Origin: Ramazzottius varieornatus
Taxonomy: Eukaryota > Animalia > Tardigrada
Reading direction: 5' to 3'
Assembly (NCBI GenBank): GCA_001949185.1
Contig: BDGG01000004.1
Span: forward strand, 1,761,620 to 1,825,619
Length of the DNA stretch: 64,000 nt
Part shown: positions 50,763 to 64,000 of the stretch, in pieces
How the letters are laid out: each line of letters begins with the position of its first letter
How positions within the stretch are numbered: position 1 is the first letter of the stretch
The notes under the pieces: model-generated
Databases searched by the model: none
What the model was told of the DNA's origin: nothing
Seen by the model: only the letters and a program-made list of their open reading frames with translations
Translations under genes and position numbers: made by a program

Positions 50763-52282
50763 CTATGCATCAGACTCGATATCTTTAAAGAAGGAAATAA
50801 GCTCCATGGCGTCAGCGTTCATCTCGGGAACTGATGGCTCGCTCATCGAGGTATGCGCTTCCGGTGCGCTCTCGGCCTGTGCGCTTTCTGCAGCGGTAGT
50901 TTCGGACGACTCTTTCGATATAGGGCGCACCTCCGCAGATTCGTTTCTCTGTCTTTTATTGAGGCTTTCACCTTCTGCTGGTTCGATGCTGGAAGCAAAC
51001 GGCTTATTTGAGGGAGGAATTTCTGGACCGACATCTTGGTCCATCACCACGGGTTCCGCTTTCTGGCTGGAAGAAGCTGTAAAATTGTCTTTCTGGGAAC
51101 TACCAGTAGGTACGCTTTGATCAACAGGTGCCGCATTCATTTCCGCGTGCGTTCGTTTCATAGTGTTCTGCAGACTTCCGGTTACTTGGCCAGTTGCAGG
51201 TTCGATGACGTAGTTACAAGGCGTCTCGAAGACTTCTCGGGGAGTGCGAGGCCGAAGAATCGTATCGATCACCTGAAAAGCAATCATAAGTGAAGGTATT
51301 TGTGTCATTTCATTCACAAACCGGGAACATTAGTGAAACTAACCTGTAAGCCATTCCGACAAAGAGCTTTGACTTCCGTGTCGCGTATCTGCATTCCGCT
51401 CCGGAAAACTGCTGTGCACACGTTCAAAACACCAACATGAACTGCCACCGACAGGACGAATGTAGAAAGCGTGGAGAACAGCTTCTTCGTGATGATGACA
51501 TCCTTTTCTGTGAGAAACCGGTCCCTCTGGAAGAGCGCAGTAATTTTGAGAGTTATAATCAGGGCGGTGAATATCCGATCCTTCGTCTCCGCCTTCAGAT
51601 TGCTCGCCCGGTTCTGAAGAAGCGATGTTAGACAGATGAGTGCAGAGTGTTTCGGAGGCACATCGGCGGATGGGAAGATGTCGCGAACGATGCACTGCGA
51701 AATGTCGCGGAGTAATGACGCGTCGAACAAATCGACGATTAACGGACTGTCGAAGCATGCCGTGATGAACTGATAGACTCTGCATGCTAATGCGGAATAT
51801 TCTTGCGCAAAGTCCCCGAGTCGAGCATCGGACTTCGTCTGAAGGATCCTCAGCGAGGCGAAAAGTAGCTCCGAGGAGCTACGAGGTAGAAAGGATGGCC
51901 ATAGCTCGTTAACGACCAGCAGGCATTCAAAAGCACGCTTCTGGATAACAGGTCGAGCTTTCAGTATCACCGAGCTACCGAAAGACTGCGGGAATGGATT
52001 GTCCCGAATGATGTTCACTAAGATAGTCAGTGCCGTTTCCTTGATCCGGTAAATTTCCCGCTTGGCTGGGTGTGCTAGAGATGTGAACAGCCGGTCAAAG
52101 ACGATGCGGATCTTCTCGAGAAGAGCTTCTGTCCGCTGCGGTTCCACTGTCGGCACTTCCTCCAGCCGAAGTTGCTCAGGAGACACAGGTGCAACTCCTC
52201 GGTGCATATCTCCACCCAGGATCTCCGAAGCAAGCCTCCCCGCGATGGCGAGCTCCGTTGTCAAATCCTTAACTTGCGCCAT
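50763..52282 (-). CDS. PELP1/Rix1-like HEAT-repeat protein with disordered acidic C-terminus
   Basis: Long helical, Leu-rich exon 52282-51344 spliced to 51272-50763 reads KALCRNGLQ / VIDTILRPRTP, resembling the PELP1 NUC202 motif (FC..AL....L.HPR.P). Low-complexity tail ends in a conserved-looking MELISFFKD. Start uncertain. Confidence 0.55.
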
Positions 52283-52382
52283 CAGCTCCCAACTTGCGCA
52301 CGATCTTGATTCTTGAAGAACAGCAAGATCCGAATCGAATTCGAAAAAGGAAGAGAAGTTTGAAAACGAAACTATATACATT

Positions 52383-53285
52383 TGAGCAGTGGGCAGAGTA
52401 GATCAGTAAGGCGGGGCTAGTTTGAGAAGTATGGAGCGGAAACGAAATGAGAATCACGTCTAATTGGCCAATCAAGATTGTCAACCTCAGAGACTCTGTG
52501 CTATTATTGGGCGTCTACGGATACTCTTTAATTCCATTCCCGTTCCATATGATGTCATCTGGCCGCCCCTTACTGATCTACTCTGCCCTAGTGATGTTCT
52601 AATATGGGTTAATGAGATCTAATATAATAAAAATAAATATCCGCCGTCCATCAAAGTTCTAATAAGTGACCACTACTATAGTAAAACGTCTACCTGATTT
52701 AATAAAATATTACTCTAGTAGAACTTTTGGGGGTTTGTTATTAAAATATATTTTAATATCGGAGAGCTTGACGGAAGATCTGACGATTCAGAGTCACAAC
52801 CATCAGATCTGCAACAATACTGTTGTACAGCTTGCAACCTGCACCTGCACACTATAACATGGCCGGTTGAAGTATCAGACTATATGCAGGTGCACGATGT
52901 TTAAGGGTATTGTTTTGCAGTAGCCCTACTGTGCTGCTGTAGAGGCATCATTATGGTGTGGCGCACTCCATAAGGCGTGGTCGCACATCGAGAAACCAAC
53001 GGACACGCATCAGACCTCAGCAAATCAACCAGTTCTTCGAATCAGCATTAGCGTTAACCGTGTTAAAACATATTTTACTATAGATGATGGACAACTTAAT
53101 AAAAATGAAATATCGTACTTCCGGTTTCAAGCTACCGAAATATAAATATTAGAATACGGTGCCCAACACCGTTTACTAAATATTACTAAACATAATAGAT
53201 GCTCAAACCATCTACTATCGTCTACCTTAATATAATATTACTATATTAGAACATCACTACTGAGTCGGAGCCTGCCCACTGCTCA
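52383..53285. mobile_element. Nested/adjacent non-autonomous DNA-transposon remnants
   Basis: Three inverted-repeat pairs: 21 bp at 52391-52411 / 52568-52588; 17 bp TAGTGATGTTCTAATAT at 52589-52605 / 53243-53259; 14 bp TGAGCAGTGGGCAG at 52383-52396 / 53272-53285. The interior is AT-rich. Confidence 0.75.
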
Positions 53286-54685
53286 TTTATCGTAGAGGTT
53301 ACGCTGAGACGTGAGTCACGCAATTCAAACAGTGTTATTTTACTACGCAATCAAAGTTATTAAAAGTCACGTGCTAATGTTCAGTCCACGTGATGAGCTG
53401 ACTGCAAGTAGAATCAATTATCGATAACGAATTTCAATTATTAAAATTAAAATTCCAATTTCTATTATGGAACAATCAATCAAGCTAACACAGAAACCCG
53501 CACATTTTGAACGATTCCAATTATTAAAATCGGTTTCCTATCATAATGATTGAAATAACAATGAATCCAAACCAAAATAATTAATCCGAGCCAAGCATCC
53601 CTTGGGGAGATTGCGATATCGTTACAACCATCAGCATTTCGTTATCTAGCAATCAACGGCTTGCGGTAACGTTTGATTCAATCTCCAAACCCAAACGAAA
53701 TTCTGAATGAAGTTTATTTGCTTCAAAGTTTCAACCAGCTGATTAGACCTGTTTCGCAAGTCACGTTTCGGCTCTGAATGGAACAAAATCTTATGATTTC
53801 ATACTGTGTCAGTTTCTGTGCAGAAACCGTTTCGCGGTTTGCTCACTTCCGGCACAGAATATCAGCATAAAGGGGTATCAGACCACGCGAGTTCAGCAGG
53901 GCTTCGGAATTCGTGGGGCCTATCATTTAGCCCTCTACTGGATAAAGCCCGGACTTCTTTCGCTCTCTCTGGCGATAGTTTCGGGAAGACAAATATCTCT
54001 TCCTAACTTCAATGCTAGTTTCGGTCGAAAACATGAATAATTTCGAGAAGGAACGAGAGGGGAAGTCAATTGGCGCACTGTGGGAGAGGCGTGTAGCTCG
54101 GATCACTTGACGCGCCAAGTCCAATTCGCTGATTGGTCTGATCACGCTCCACTCCACCAAAATTTCAAAGTTCGACCAAAGTGGTCAATAGTACAATCAA
54201 CTCAGCTTGCACAGAATTTGAAATTCTGTGCAGCGATATTAGGCAAAACGTAAGCCGTGGATAACTGCACAGCATAAAACCAATACTTATGCTGCGAGCC
54301 GAAAACATGACTTGCGAAGCAGGTCGATCAACTAATAGTAATATTTCTCGAATAGCGCGCAATAACAGAACAGTTTCAAATCCTAGTGTTTTTCGTTTCG
54401 GAAACCTTCCACAGTCTACCTACAGTCTACCCAAGGTACTTATTGCAGGCTTGTTCGGGATCAGTCCAAATCTCCGGAGCTGCGTCACTGGGCGTCGGGG
54501 GTTGCTACAAGGAAACGAGGTTCGTGTGTTGCTTGTCGGCGCTTGAATTAACCTGAACTAGTGTTGTGTTGCTTTCCACGCAGGCTGACATTGTCGTTTC
54601 TCAGTGTGGCGAAACATGTGAGCTGGACAAAGGATTGAGAAGCGGATTAATGCAGTTGCCTTGCCACTATATCGCAAGTCAAAAT

Positions 54686-55969
54686 ATGCCAAAGGACAGG
54701 CTTGCGTCAACATGGTCGTCCGGTAGCAAAAGTTTAGGCCTTCTGATACTCACAATCCCTCTGCTCACCAATGCACTGGAACCGATAACAACGACCGGTT
54801 TGGTTGTGGGAACATTGAGCACAGTATTCTTCAGTGCCTACACTGGTTTGAGATGCCGCTGGAAAGAGTGCTGCGATGCACCTTGGCTGAAGACAATCGG
54901 GGATGGTGTCCAGCTGCGGTATGCTCTTAAAGCTCAGGTCTACGGACAGCATATTGCCATCGACATGATCACGGAGAACGTTCGCTACCATATCCAGAAC
55001 AAGTCCAAGAAGCCTTTGGTTCTGTCTTTTCATGGGGGTACAGGCGTTGGTAAGAACTACGTGTCGCGAATCATTGCAGAGACTATGTTCAAAAAGGGAA
55101 TGAGTAGCAAGTACGTCCATCTCATCATTTCGACGCTGCACTTCCCGGTCCCGTCACACGTTACGGAGTACAGAGTGCAACTGCAGGAATGGATCCGCGG
55201 AAACCTTACGAAATGCTCGAGGTATGGTATTCGTTAACGACATGTCGACCCAAGTTAGGCGGTCCGGAGATGCGGCAAGAAGGGTAAGACGGTCACCTTC
55301 GATTTCTGTAGAATGTGGGGTGGCCGACTCGCTTACCTTGCCTTTCGTTCGTGTTGAATTTAATAACGTCAAGATTATGAAGTCTCGTAAAGTCTCGTGT
55401 TTGATTCTAGGAATCTTTTTATATTCGACGAGGTGGATAAGATTCCGATGGGCGTTCTGGACGGTCTTTCAGCCTTCCTGAACTACTATGATACACCGAT
55501 TGCGGGTTCGGATTCTCGTCAAGCAGTATTTCTCTTTCTGAGTAACTCGGGAAGCTCGAAGATTGACGAAATAGCGTACGACGCCTGGGTGTATGGCCGA
55601 AGCCGGCAGTCCCTTACGATCGCAGACTTCCAAAAAGCTCTTCAGTTGGGTGCGTATAACGAAGAAGACAACACAGGCTTGTACCACAGTGATGTTATAC
55701 GGCGAGAGCTGATAGACATCTACATCCCGTTCCTGCCTCTGGAAAAGCAGCATGTTGAAGAATGTGTCCGAGATTTCCTGAGGGATGGAAACTTCACGGT
55801 TGTGGAAGACCTCGTGACAAAGATTGCTGGCGAACTAGACTACTTTCCTCCAACTGATAAATTGTTTTCTGCAACCGGCTGTAAGAGGATCCGAGAACGT
55901 ATTGTTGGGCATAGTAAGGAGCTTCGGAAAGCTGTCCCCGAAGAACCTGTGCCGACCGACGAACTGTAG
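54686..55969 (+). CDS. Torsin-family AAA+ ATPase
   Basis: Signal peptide and hydrophobic segment, CRWKECC, YGQHIA, KPLVLSFHGGTGVGKNYVS (torsin Walker A GKN), FIFDEVDK, FLFLSN, IPFLPLEKQHV and FSATGCK. One intron. Confidence 0.93.
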
Positions 55970-56203
55970 CAGTGCACTGGTGAAAGTGCTAGCATTTTCC
56001 TTTCTGTGATCTTTTACCTGATGTCGTGTGGCTCGTGTTAATCGGATGCACCGAGATTATAATTTTATCTTGAGTCTTTTATACATAACAGCAACAATCA
56101 TTACTAAAATGCTAAAAATGAAACAACCCTGCTACAGTACCAGAGAAACGCTACTGTGAAGTCAAAGCAGCATTGGCCATGTAAACCATTGACTTGCGTG
56201 CGG

Positions 56204-57140
56204 TCAAGCCTGCCTCCGGACCTTTTTCAACTCGACGGAGGACAGCTCCTTTTGCTGTCCGGCATTCAATGGACTTTCGTTGTTCAAGAACGAGTCGTAC
56301 TTCTTGTCTTGTTCCAATGCGATGTTACCTGCAACAGAGTAAACACTTATGCTGATCCGCGATTTCACATACGGTGTGACAACTGCACTATAGCTAATGG
56401 CTTACCGGGTGGGGCGACATAGAAATCTTCGAATGTTACTTTGGCATTGCGAATCACATCTTCTTTCTGTTGTCCTTCGGTTATTTCGTCCTCGCGTAAA
56501 GGCAAAGTCCTACGCGTGAACAAACCATGATTATTTGAACGTTTCGACCACCAAGTTCGATACACACTCGTTTTCGAGGAGGGAAAACAAAGGTTCGACC
56601 CCCGAAACATCTATATCCTTCAGTCGATCAGCATAACGAATGGCAGAAGCTAGCCTCGCAATGGCAGCTCCACTGCTGAAGTCGACAAGCGAGAGGTTTT
56701 CCAGATGATAGATGGTTTCCAGCGACAGATTTGCCTGGAAAACAAAACTAGGGTATCGCATATATACAAGATATCTAGCGCGGCGTACATGTGGGAACAG
56801 TCGCACGACATACCCGTTTAGCTTCCTCCGCAACATTAATCTCGCAGTGCTCTGTTGGTCGGTTGTCCTTATTTTTCCATTGGTACACTTCCTTGAAACA
56901 CTGCGACAACATGATATTTATTATCCAGTTATGTATTATCCAATGTATTCCAACCCAATGACAGCCGGGCGTACGCTCTAATTGCTTGTCCATCCGCAAT
57001 GCACAATGCAATGGCCTCATGTTGTCCAAGACGAACAGTTTGAAAGATCTTACCTCTGAACACTTCTGACGTCTTGTCTCTCGCATACTCGACGCCAAGA
57101 ACCCGCGACGTGCCATTTGAAGAACGAAACTCTTTAGCAT
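56204..57140 (-). CDS. GATC: Mitochondrial glutamyl-tRNA(Gln) amidotransferase subunit C
   Basis: Mitochondrial presequence-like start, then TIYHLENLSLVDF, AIRYADRLKDIDVSGVEPLFS, LPLREDEITEG, RNAKVTFEDFYVAPPG/NI. Confidence 0.88.
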
Positions 57141-57977
57141 AGTACCTTATCCAATGCTGCGAATGTGAACCACTTCCGGGCAGTTCCAGCTAGCGAATAG
57201 CGATGTCACTCAGTCTGTTGAGACACCAAAACAGTAACCTCACTTTGTAGCTTGTTCGACATCTCCGAAGTTGGATGCAGGTGAAGGGAAATGTACTTAT
57301 GTAGACAGTGCTGACGGGAAGGAAAACCACGAAGGTACGCGGTAGGCTGAAGATCTTTTGAGAAACGAATATCGTGAGCTTTCTCATAATTTGCGCATGA
57401 TGTCACGGCGGAAATGGGTTGCGCTTGGAATTTTCTTAGGACGTGACTGGCGGATGGCCAGAACGTTCAAACTCCCTGAGACTTTTCGCAATTTCGTTAC
57501 TGTTTTGGTCTTGCGTTTTCCAAGCCAGTCAGTCTTTTTCTAACGATGGCTGCACGATCTCTTTCTAGAATTCTGGACGCTCGGACTGCTCCGAGCATCG
57601 TAGCACTCGCACGGTATCTGTAGCAGAATGAAGACGATACTGTGTTGATTGGGGGGTCGATCTTTAGGACGCGGAGGATACTTCCGTCTGAATTGAAATT
57701 TTGCGGACGGTCGAAGCTTCCGACAGTCGAGACAGCTGGTGAGCGACGAGCTTCCTACGTGCTAACTAACTTCACCTATCAGTTTTTGTCCCCAACACAG
57801 GTGTTCAGAAGCTTATTGATTCATGTTAGACGACGCAGGTCTATAGGTTTGACGGCAGCGGAGTTTCGAAGTGCCTTTCCCGACGCCACAACCGGTCGAC
57901 ACTTGTTCTTTGTCTTATTTCTTGAAGAGATAGAAAACGTGACGGAATAGATTCTTTTCCGTCAAGTTACTCGCGCG

Positions 57978-58739
57978 ATGGACCCAGTCCGTCAAACGAC
58001 TCCCATGCAAGATCATGTTACAACCAGCGACTCTCTTTCGGCGCCGGATAATCTACAAGAAGCCTTAATGGATGTTTTTCGTCCTGTTCTTCAGGAGCTG
58101 GATATAATAGTAGAGGAAACCAGGTTCGATATACGCTCCGTGTGTAAGCACACTTAGCGACATTCTTTTCTATCCATTTTGTTGATGCAGAAACAGCCAG
58201 CAAGATGTAAAACGCCAGGTCGACATTTTGGTCCATGGTAAGATGAACAATCGATAGCATCAGGCTACTAACGCTATTTTGCTTCGCAGTAGTAACTGTT
58301 CAGTTTGGAGCGTACGCTAAGATCACCTGTGGTTTTTTTTCAGAGTTTCAGCAAGTAAGCGATATTTGCGAGATTTCCCCGACGCTAGAACTATATGCCA
58401 AGAAGATTGCCACGATAAAGCGACGAGCGGCAGTCATGTACAATATACTACAAAATGTTCAGGTAAGTCCGCCTTGTACCGTTATAACGATGATAGCGCT
58501 CGTTTCTGTCGAGGTCCACAGGTGTCAGGTCGCCGCAAGGGCCAGTGGTACTAGAAATCCTGTTGTGTTCCACAAGGAGCACCTTTCAGAGCGCAATATC
58601 CGTAAGCGCACCGAGCAGCCCTGATGCTCGTTTCTTGCAGGAGCGGTTAAAAAAGCTTGATCAGTCCACTTCCCCAAAAAGAACACAGCCTTCGCCGCCT
58701 CAGTCTGGGGCTCTTCCCAGCCAACCACCAGTCTCGTAG
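57978..58739 (+). CDS. SNAPIN: SNAPIN (BLOC-1/BORC subunit)
   Basis: Spliced reading LQEALMDVFRPVLQELDIIVEETR / NSQQDVKRQVD ... LELYAKKIATIKRRAAVMYNILQNVQ / ERLKKL matches the Snapin coiled-coil pattern. Confidence 0.82.
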
Positions 58740-59208
58740 CGAGCGAGAACCCTCCGATTTTGTATTATCTCCTTTTACTATAATTTAAGTTTGACAAAAT
58801 CATTTTTCAACGAAGGAAGACCAGTTTTCTTGCTGTGGGTATCTTCGGGGCTTTCTGTTCTGAAACCTGCGGGCGGCGAATAGTCGGCGGTGTTCGGAGG
58901 GACATTCCACAGTTGACGTTGTAGTAAACTGAGCGACGGTACAAAATGAGCAATATTCTTTGTTTTCCTATGGCAGTGAAATCAGCACAAACAGTGCAGA
59001 ATAAATGCAGCCACTCTTTGGCACAAACCATACTACGACTAGCACCGACCCTCACACAGTGATGTAAAACCAGAAATCATGTCATGGGGTGTACAGAGTC
59101 AAAATACGGTCGATTAGAAATATCAAAAAGTGATAATACATCTTCAAGGCACCAGGCTCGAGGCAATAAACAAATCATCAATGATTCATCATGGTTAGTT
59201 GTCAAATT

Positions 59209-62200
59209 TCAAGACACTTCCTCTGTCGAACATGACCCTACATTTTGTCCATTCAAAGCCTGCTCGCGAAGTTTCAGTACTCCGGACGTGGAGATCGAAA
59301 CATCGCGGATGCATCCAATGAAGCCGGATCGGTGTCGGTTGCCCGTTGTAGCAGCAACATTTGGTGCGCCACCTGAAAGCCAAGTCGTCTGTCAGTCTAT
59401 CTTAGAGTGGTACTCGCTGACTCGCTAAAATATGGCTTTGGATACGGTACATACCAATGAAAATGTTTCCGGTAGTGTCTAATTTCGTGAGACTTCCGCG
59501 CGATTCGCCGTTGTAGGCTCTGTCATCAACGGTCAGTTCTCCCCTCTTCACTGTTCGAGATATCTTGACATTGTGCCATTCACCGTCGTTCACGTTCTCG
59601 TCCGACCTCATCACAGCGGGTCCCGAGCCGAGTTCGTATCTGCAAGTTGCGTAATTTGCTTAGGATAATGCCGTACTACTACTATGTAACCCTTGTGGAC
59701 CTCTGGCATTGAAATTCCTAAAGCGCGTGACGCCTACCTGAAAACTAGTTTCCCGTCTTCGAGAGCTAGTGACAGGTAGTCCCCCGAACTACCAGATGGA
59801 GTCCTTTGTCCTTGCCATAAAAGCAAGCCGTCGCCCGATGTACCGGGCGTGGTCTTGAAGGACAGCGCGACAAAGTCAGCCTCTTTTGCGCCGGCGTGAG
59901 GCAGTAAAGTTCCCGGAAACTCGAAGAAGCCGTTTCCGCTAAAGCCAACATCGCTCTCCACATTCACCGCTGGAAGAACGAACGAGGTAATTTCAGGTTC
60001 AGTCACTTTTTGACGAGCAGCTAAACCGTGCTGAAACTTTACTATTCGTCAGAATGACCATACACAAACAAACCTCGATCGCAGTTTTCTCCAGAGAATC
60101 CAACAGGACAGTCGCATCGATAGGCTGTTCCGTTACCAACACAGGTTCCCCCGTTCAAACAGGGCTGGAGCTTTGTGCACATGTTGTCTTCCACTTCGCA
60201 GTTGGTCCCTGTATGGAGAAGCCAATAGCGTAAAACGGCTTGTTGATACTCTGGACGAACTCTCTCCAACCTGAAAAGCCTTCTGGGCATTCGCATCTGA
60301 ATCTTCCTTGTCCTTCTTCAATGCAGACTCCTCTTCGGCATGGTTGACGAGCACAAACGGAGCTGTCATCGCAGTTAGAAATGCCGGCACTTTCCAGAAC
60401 ACTGGCGCGGTCACCGAGTCTGTAGTTCACCCCGTTGATCTCGAGCTGAAATGAAGTTGAAAATTATTCCTATAAAATAATTCAATGAATCTCAATTGTT
60501 GGTATTGAGACTTACGCTAGACACGCAACCGTCGAAGCCGTTTTGAACTTGCACGCCTTGTGCAATGCGGACCTTGTCGCTCACTCCGCCCAAGTACAGG
60601 TTCGTCCTCAGGTTCAAGCCCGTCAAGCTTCCTGCAGACTTGCCCGTCACAGTTTCCTCGTCGTTGATCTTCATTTCGGCAGCTTGGTTGGTGCGGTCCA
60701 CGCGAATCCTGTACCAGGTATCTAACCGCAGCTCGACCATACTGCGGAGGACTGCGTGACCTGATCCCGTGTCGAAACGCAGCTCCAGGCTTCGATCTTT
60801 AATGGCCAACGAGAAGAAGTCTTCCAGGCCGTTCTCGTCGGCACCGGCATACAGGATAATACCGTCATCGCTGCTCCGGGCTTTGAAGACCAGGTCCATG
60901 TGGAGCTGGCTCAGTACATTACGGGGTGTGGCGTACGCGGCGTATGAACGCTTGTTGAAACTCGGGACATCGATTTGAACATCTGTCAAAGAGAAAGAGC
61001 ATCGTCGTCCCGAAAAAAAGGACGAAATAAAACGCCAACCTTCTTGGCATGTTTTGCCTCCCTTTCCGAATGGGCACAGACATTCAAATGATCCTTCTGT
61101 GTCGACACATCGTCCTTCGCCGCAGATTCCTACCATGGACCAATGAAACGTCAACCTAAGAATCAAAGAGTAAGATGCTACAGTGCAAAGTTTACCGTTG
61201 ATGCATCGAAAGCCGGCGGTCTCGCAGTTGTTTCCAGTGAACCCACGTGGACAGTAACTGCAAAGAACCATAAGTAGTTCTGGGTTCCTTGTTGATCATC
61301 ACTCGGTATCCCTCATCATACTTACCATCTGTAGCCCGATGGGGTCAGCGCATTCTGACAGATACCATTGTTCTGGCATGGGTTCTCCTGCGCGCAAGTG
61401 TTACAGTCCTCGACACCATGCTTCTGGGTGGCGTTCAGGAAGACATCGTAATTCATGTTGCCGGCTCTGATCAGACCAACACAACCTGGGGGAAAAAATA
61501 AGGAGGCCAAATAAACCTATAAATTTCTAAATAAACCTATAAAGGCTTGACATTTTGCAACATACCGGCAAAGTTTTCCGAGAAGCCAACTCGTCGGTTG
61601 ATGGCAGAAAAGTCAGGTACTCCGCCCACGTGCAGATCCCCAACCAGCTCCAGTCCGACCATACTTCCGGGTGCAGTACCGGTGACGGGTTCGCCATCAT
61701 CGACGGTCAGAGTTGCGTCACTTTTGCTTCGCCAGACACGTGCGTGATGCCACTTGTTCAGCTCCAGTGGTCGTGGGGACAGCATGATGGCAGGGCCGCC
61801 ACCAACGTCGAAGCGGAATTCGGCGTGTCCATTCTTCATACCCAGCGCGATGTAGTCGGCCGGAGCACTGCTGCCCTGAGCGCTATTTCGGTTGTATCCG
61901 TTGTACAAAATCAAACCGTTGGGTGACTCCGGCTTGAAGCGAATGTCGATATCTAACTCAAAGTAGGCCGTCTTGTGCAGGTTGGTGGGGATGACAGCGT
62001 AGGAATCTCGGCGACCTCGGAAACGTGGGACGACATCAGCAACCACAATGACGGTAGTCGAATCTCGGCCATCGTAGGTACAGATGTAATTCCCGGCATC
62101 ATTTTCACCCACGTTGTCGATGATCAATCTTGTTCCTAGGAAAATAACCGAGATCAAAACAAGACAGAACTGAGTAAAAATATCAGACTTGCCTTCTATA

Positions 62201-64000
62201 CGATGCTGCTTTGGCATAGTTCCTTCTCGCTTAGTCCAGGTAACTTCGGCATCGGGCGACAAATTCAAGCCTTCACACTCGATGACGGCCTGTTGGCCTC
62301 GTAGGACAGTGTCCTTTGATCGCTCCACCACGTCTTCTCGAGCCGGCGGTACTAAAAGGAAGAAACAGTTGACGTGTCTGTTTCGTGCTTGTAGCTCGAC
62401 CACCTCGTCAGCCTCACCTGTTTGCTCATCGGGACTTCCAGTAGCGGTGATAGGTTGACTTGGCTCTATTTGAAACCACACAAAAATTGAGCCAGCTCAT
62501 CCTCTAACTGACTTATTGGCACTCTGCATGGTGAACAAGTAACCGAATGTGTCTTACCGCTGTAGACGTTTATTTCGGCAGCGGCTCTATCGGCGCTGAC
62601 ATCGGTTCTAGCGATGCAGACATAGCTCCCCCCATCTTCAGGACGGATGCTTTCGAAGTCCAGGTAGTTGCCGTTTCGGATGGCGTTGCGCGAAAGTGGC
62701 TGGCCATCTTCCCGTTCCCAGATGTACTCGATCTGCTTCAAGCCAGCTTCCGGGTCTATGCATACGAGCCTGGCATTCTCACCAGGACGGACAGTTTGCC
62801 GGATGGGCTCGACACGGATCAGAGCGTCATCAGGAAAAGGTACGCGTGTCGGTGTCAGCGCACTGCTGTCCAAAGGCCTCCGCGAAGGTTCGACTAAATG
62901 AAAAGAACAGTCGCTACAGTTTCCGCTCTCTTTGGGAAACCCCACGCGACTTTTTATATCACTGGATTGAAAAGTCGTACAATGTCGACTAATAGCTCAT
63001 TCGAAAGAGCGATCTTGCTTGCGGTTTGAGAAAGGTTTGGTCAGAGTGCGTCAACTGGGTCAGAAGGATATGCTCAAAAGAGAGTGGTCATGTGGAGTTG
63101 CCCACATCGAGCGGAAACTGTCTTGTTTCTGTGCAATATGGGGTTGTATTCACTTATTGATTCATACCTCGAATGTCAACGTTGAACGAAGTGGAATCGA
63201 TCTCGCAAACATAGTTGTCAGAATCCGTTTCTTGAGCATTGGGCAAGCGCAGAAGGGACATGCCAGACTCGGGACCGACAACGACTGCGTCGGTCGATGT
63301 ACGCCTCCAAGTTACTCGAGCGTTCGGCTGGTCTTCCGCTGTACATTCTACCTCGACGTCATCACCAACTGTACGACGGATGGGACCGGATGGAGTAATA
63401 AGTACTCGCGCAGCACCTGGAAGTCACGGCATAATTTCAAAAATTCGTATACACAGTCATACGAGAAAAACAGACTATCAAACGAAACGTCACTGAGGAT
63501 TATGTTGCCGGCATACTATACCTTGGACCTGTAGGTTGGCGGTGGCGGATGCTGATCCGTGCTTGTTTGAAGCAGTGCAGGTGTACGCACCAACTTCGTC
63601 GGCGGAGACCTCGCTGAACGATATGACGTCAGGTCGATCGGCAATGTTAGTCTTCTGGGTCAAAGGCTTTCCGTCGGTCCTTGTCCATGTGATGTTGGGT
63701 GGCGGTATGCCCGCGACGATCTGGCACTGGAAGAAGATACCGTCTCCAAGCTGAACGGTCTGCGAAGCACCTGGGTACAGCTCAATGCGTGGCTCTTCTT
63801 TTCCTTCGACGTCCAAAATACCCGAGGCTTGTGCTAAGCCCACGGAAGACTCTGCGGCACAGATGTATATACCACGATCTTTTTCCCCGCGAACCCGGGA
63901 AATCGTGTAGGTAGTGTCGTTGAATTTATGACGTTCGTCAAGATCTCCGCCGTGGCGATACCATCGGACAGTTGGTTGAGGAGACCCACCCGTTCGGCAC
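59209..64000 (-). CDS. HSPG2: Perlecan (HSPG2/trol/unc-52), 3' part: Ig repeats plus domain V
   Basis: Several I-set Ig domains (DVGAYTCTASN, EDGGSYVC, NDAGNYIC) followed by LamG, EGF, EGF, LamG, EGF, EGF, LamG. Stop codon at 59209-59211; the 5' part runs out of the window. Confidence 0.9.

Overview
Eukaryotic (metazoan) genomic DNA of roughly balanced GC, very gene-dense, with many short introns (about 50-110 nt). This style suggests a compact ecdysozoan genome such as a tardigrade; that is inference, not shown by the sequence. About 19 spliced protein-coding genes were reconstructed by hand from the ORF fragments and GT-AG junctions: WDR81 (3' part), TSG101, ILKAP, alkaline phosphatase, ATP6V1E, an SLC25A22-type glutamate carrier, Rab21, sigma-1 receptor, a hairy/Hes gene, a small orphan hydrophilic protein, RSPH1, a second Hes-like gene, an OPA1-like dynamin, importin-beta, PELP1-like, torsin, GATC, SNAPIN and perlecan (3' part). 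Most housekeeping genes sit in head-to-head pairs. The 20-41 kb interval is much less gene-dense: two convergent WRPW bHLH-Orange genes with a cluster of Su(H)/CSL sites, including a paired SPS site. Most notable: (1) a 171-aa disordered orphan protein with a twice-repeated PRDxxGxFxSKE motif, behind a TATA/Inr promoter with clustered kB-like sites; (2) an intact OPA1-like gene with degenerate GTPase motifs; (3) a Hes-like protein with a Hey-type Gly in the basic region but a WRPW tail; (4) an alkaline phosphatase with the phosphate-binding Arg replaced by Glu; (5) a clean hAT-type MITE and a nested inverted-repeat cluster. CDS coordinates span start to stop codon, introns included. All homology calls are from recognised motifs, not database searches.
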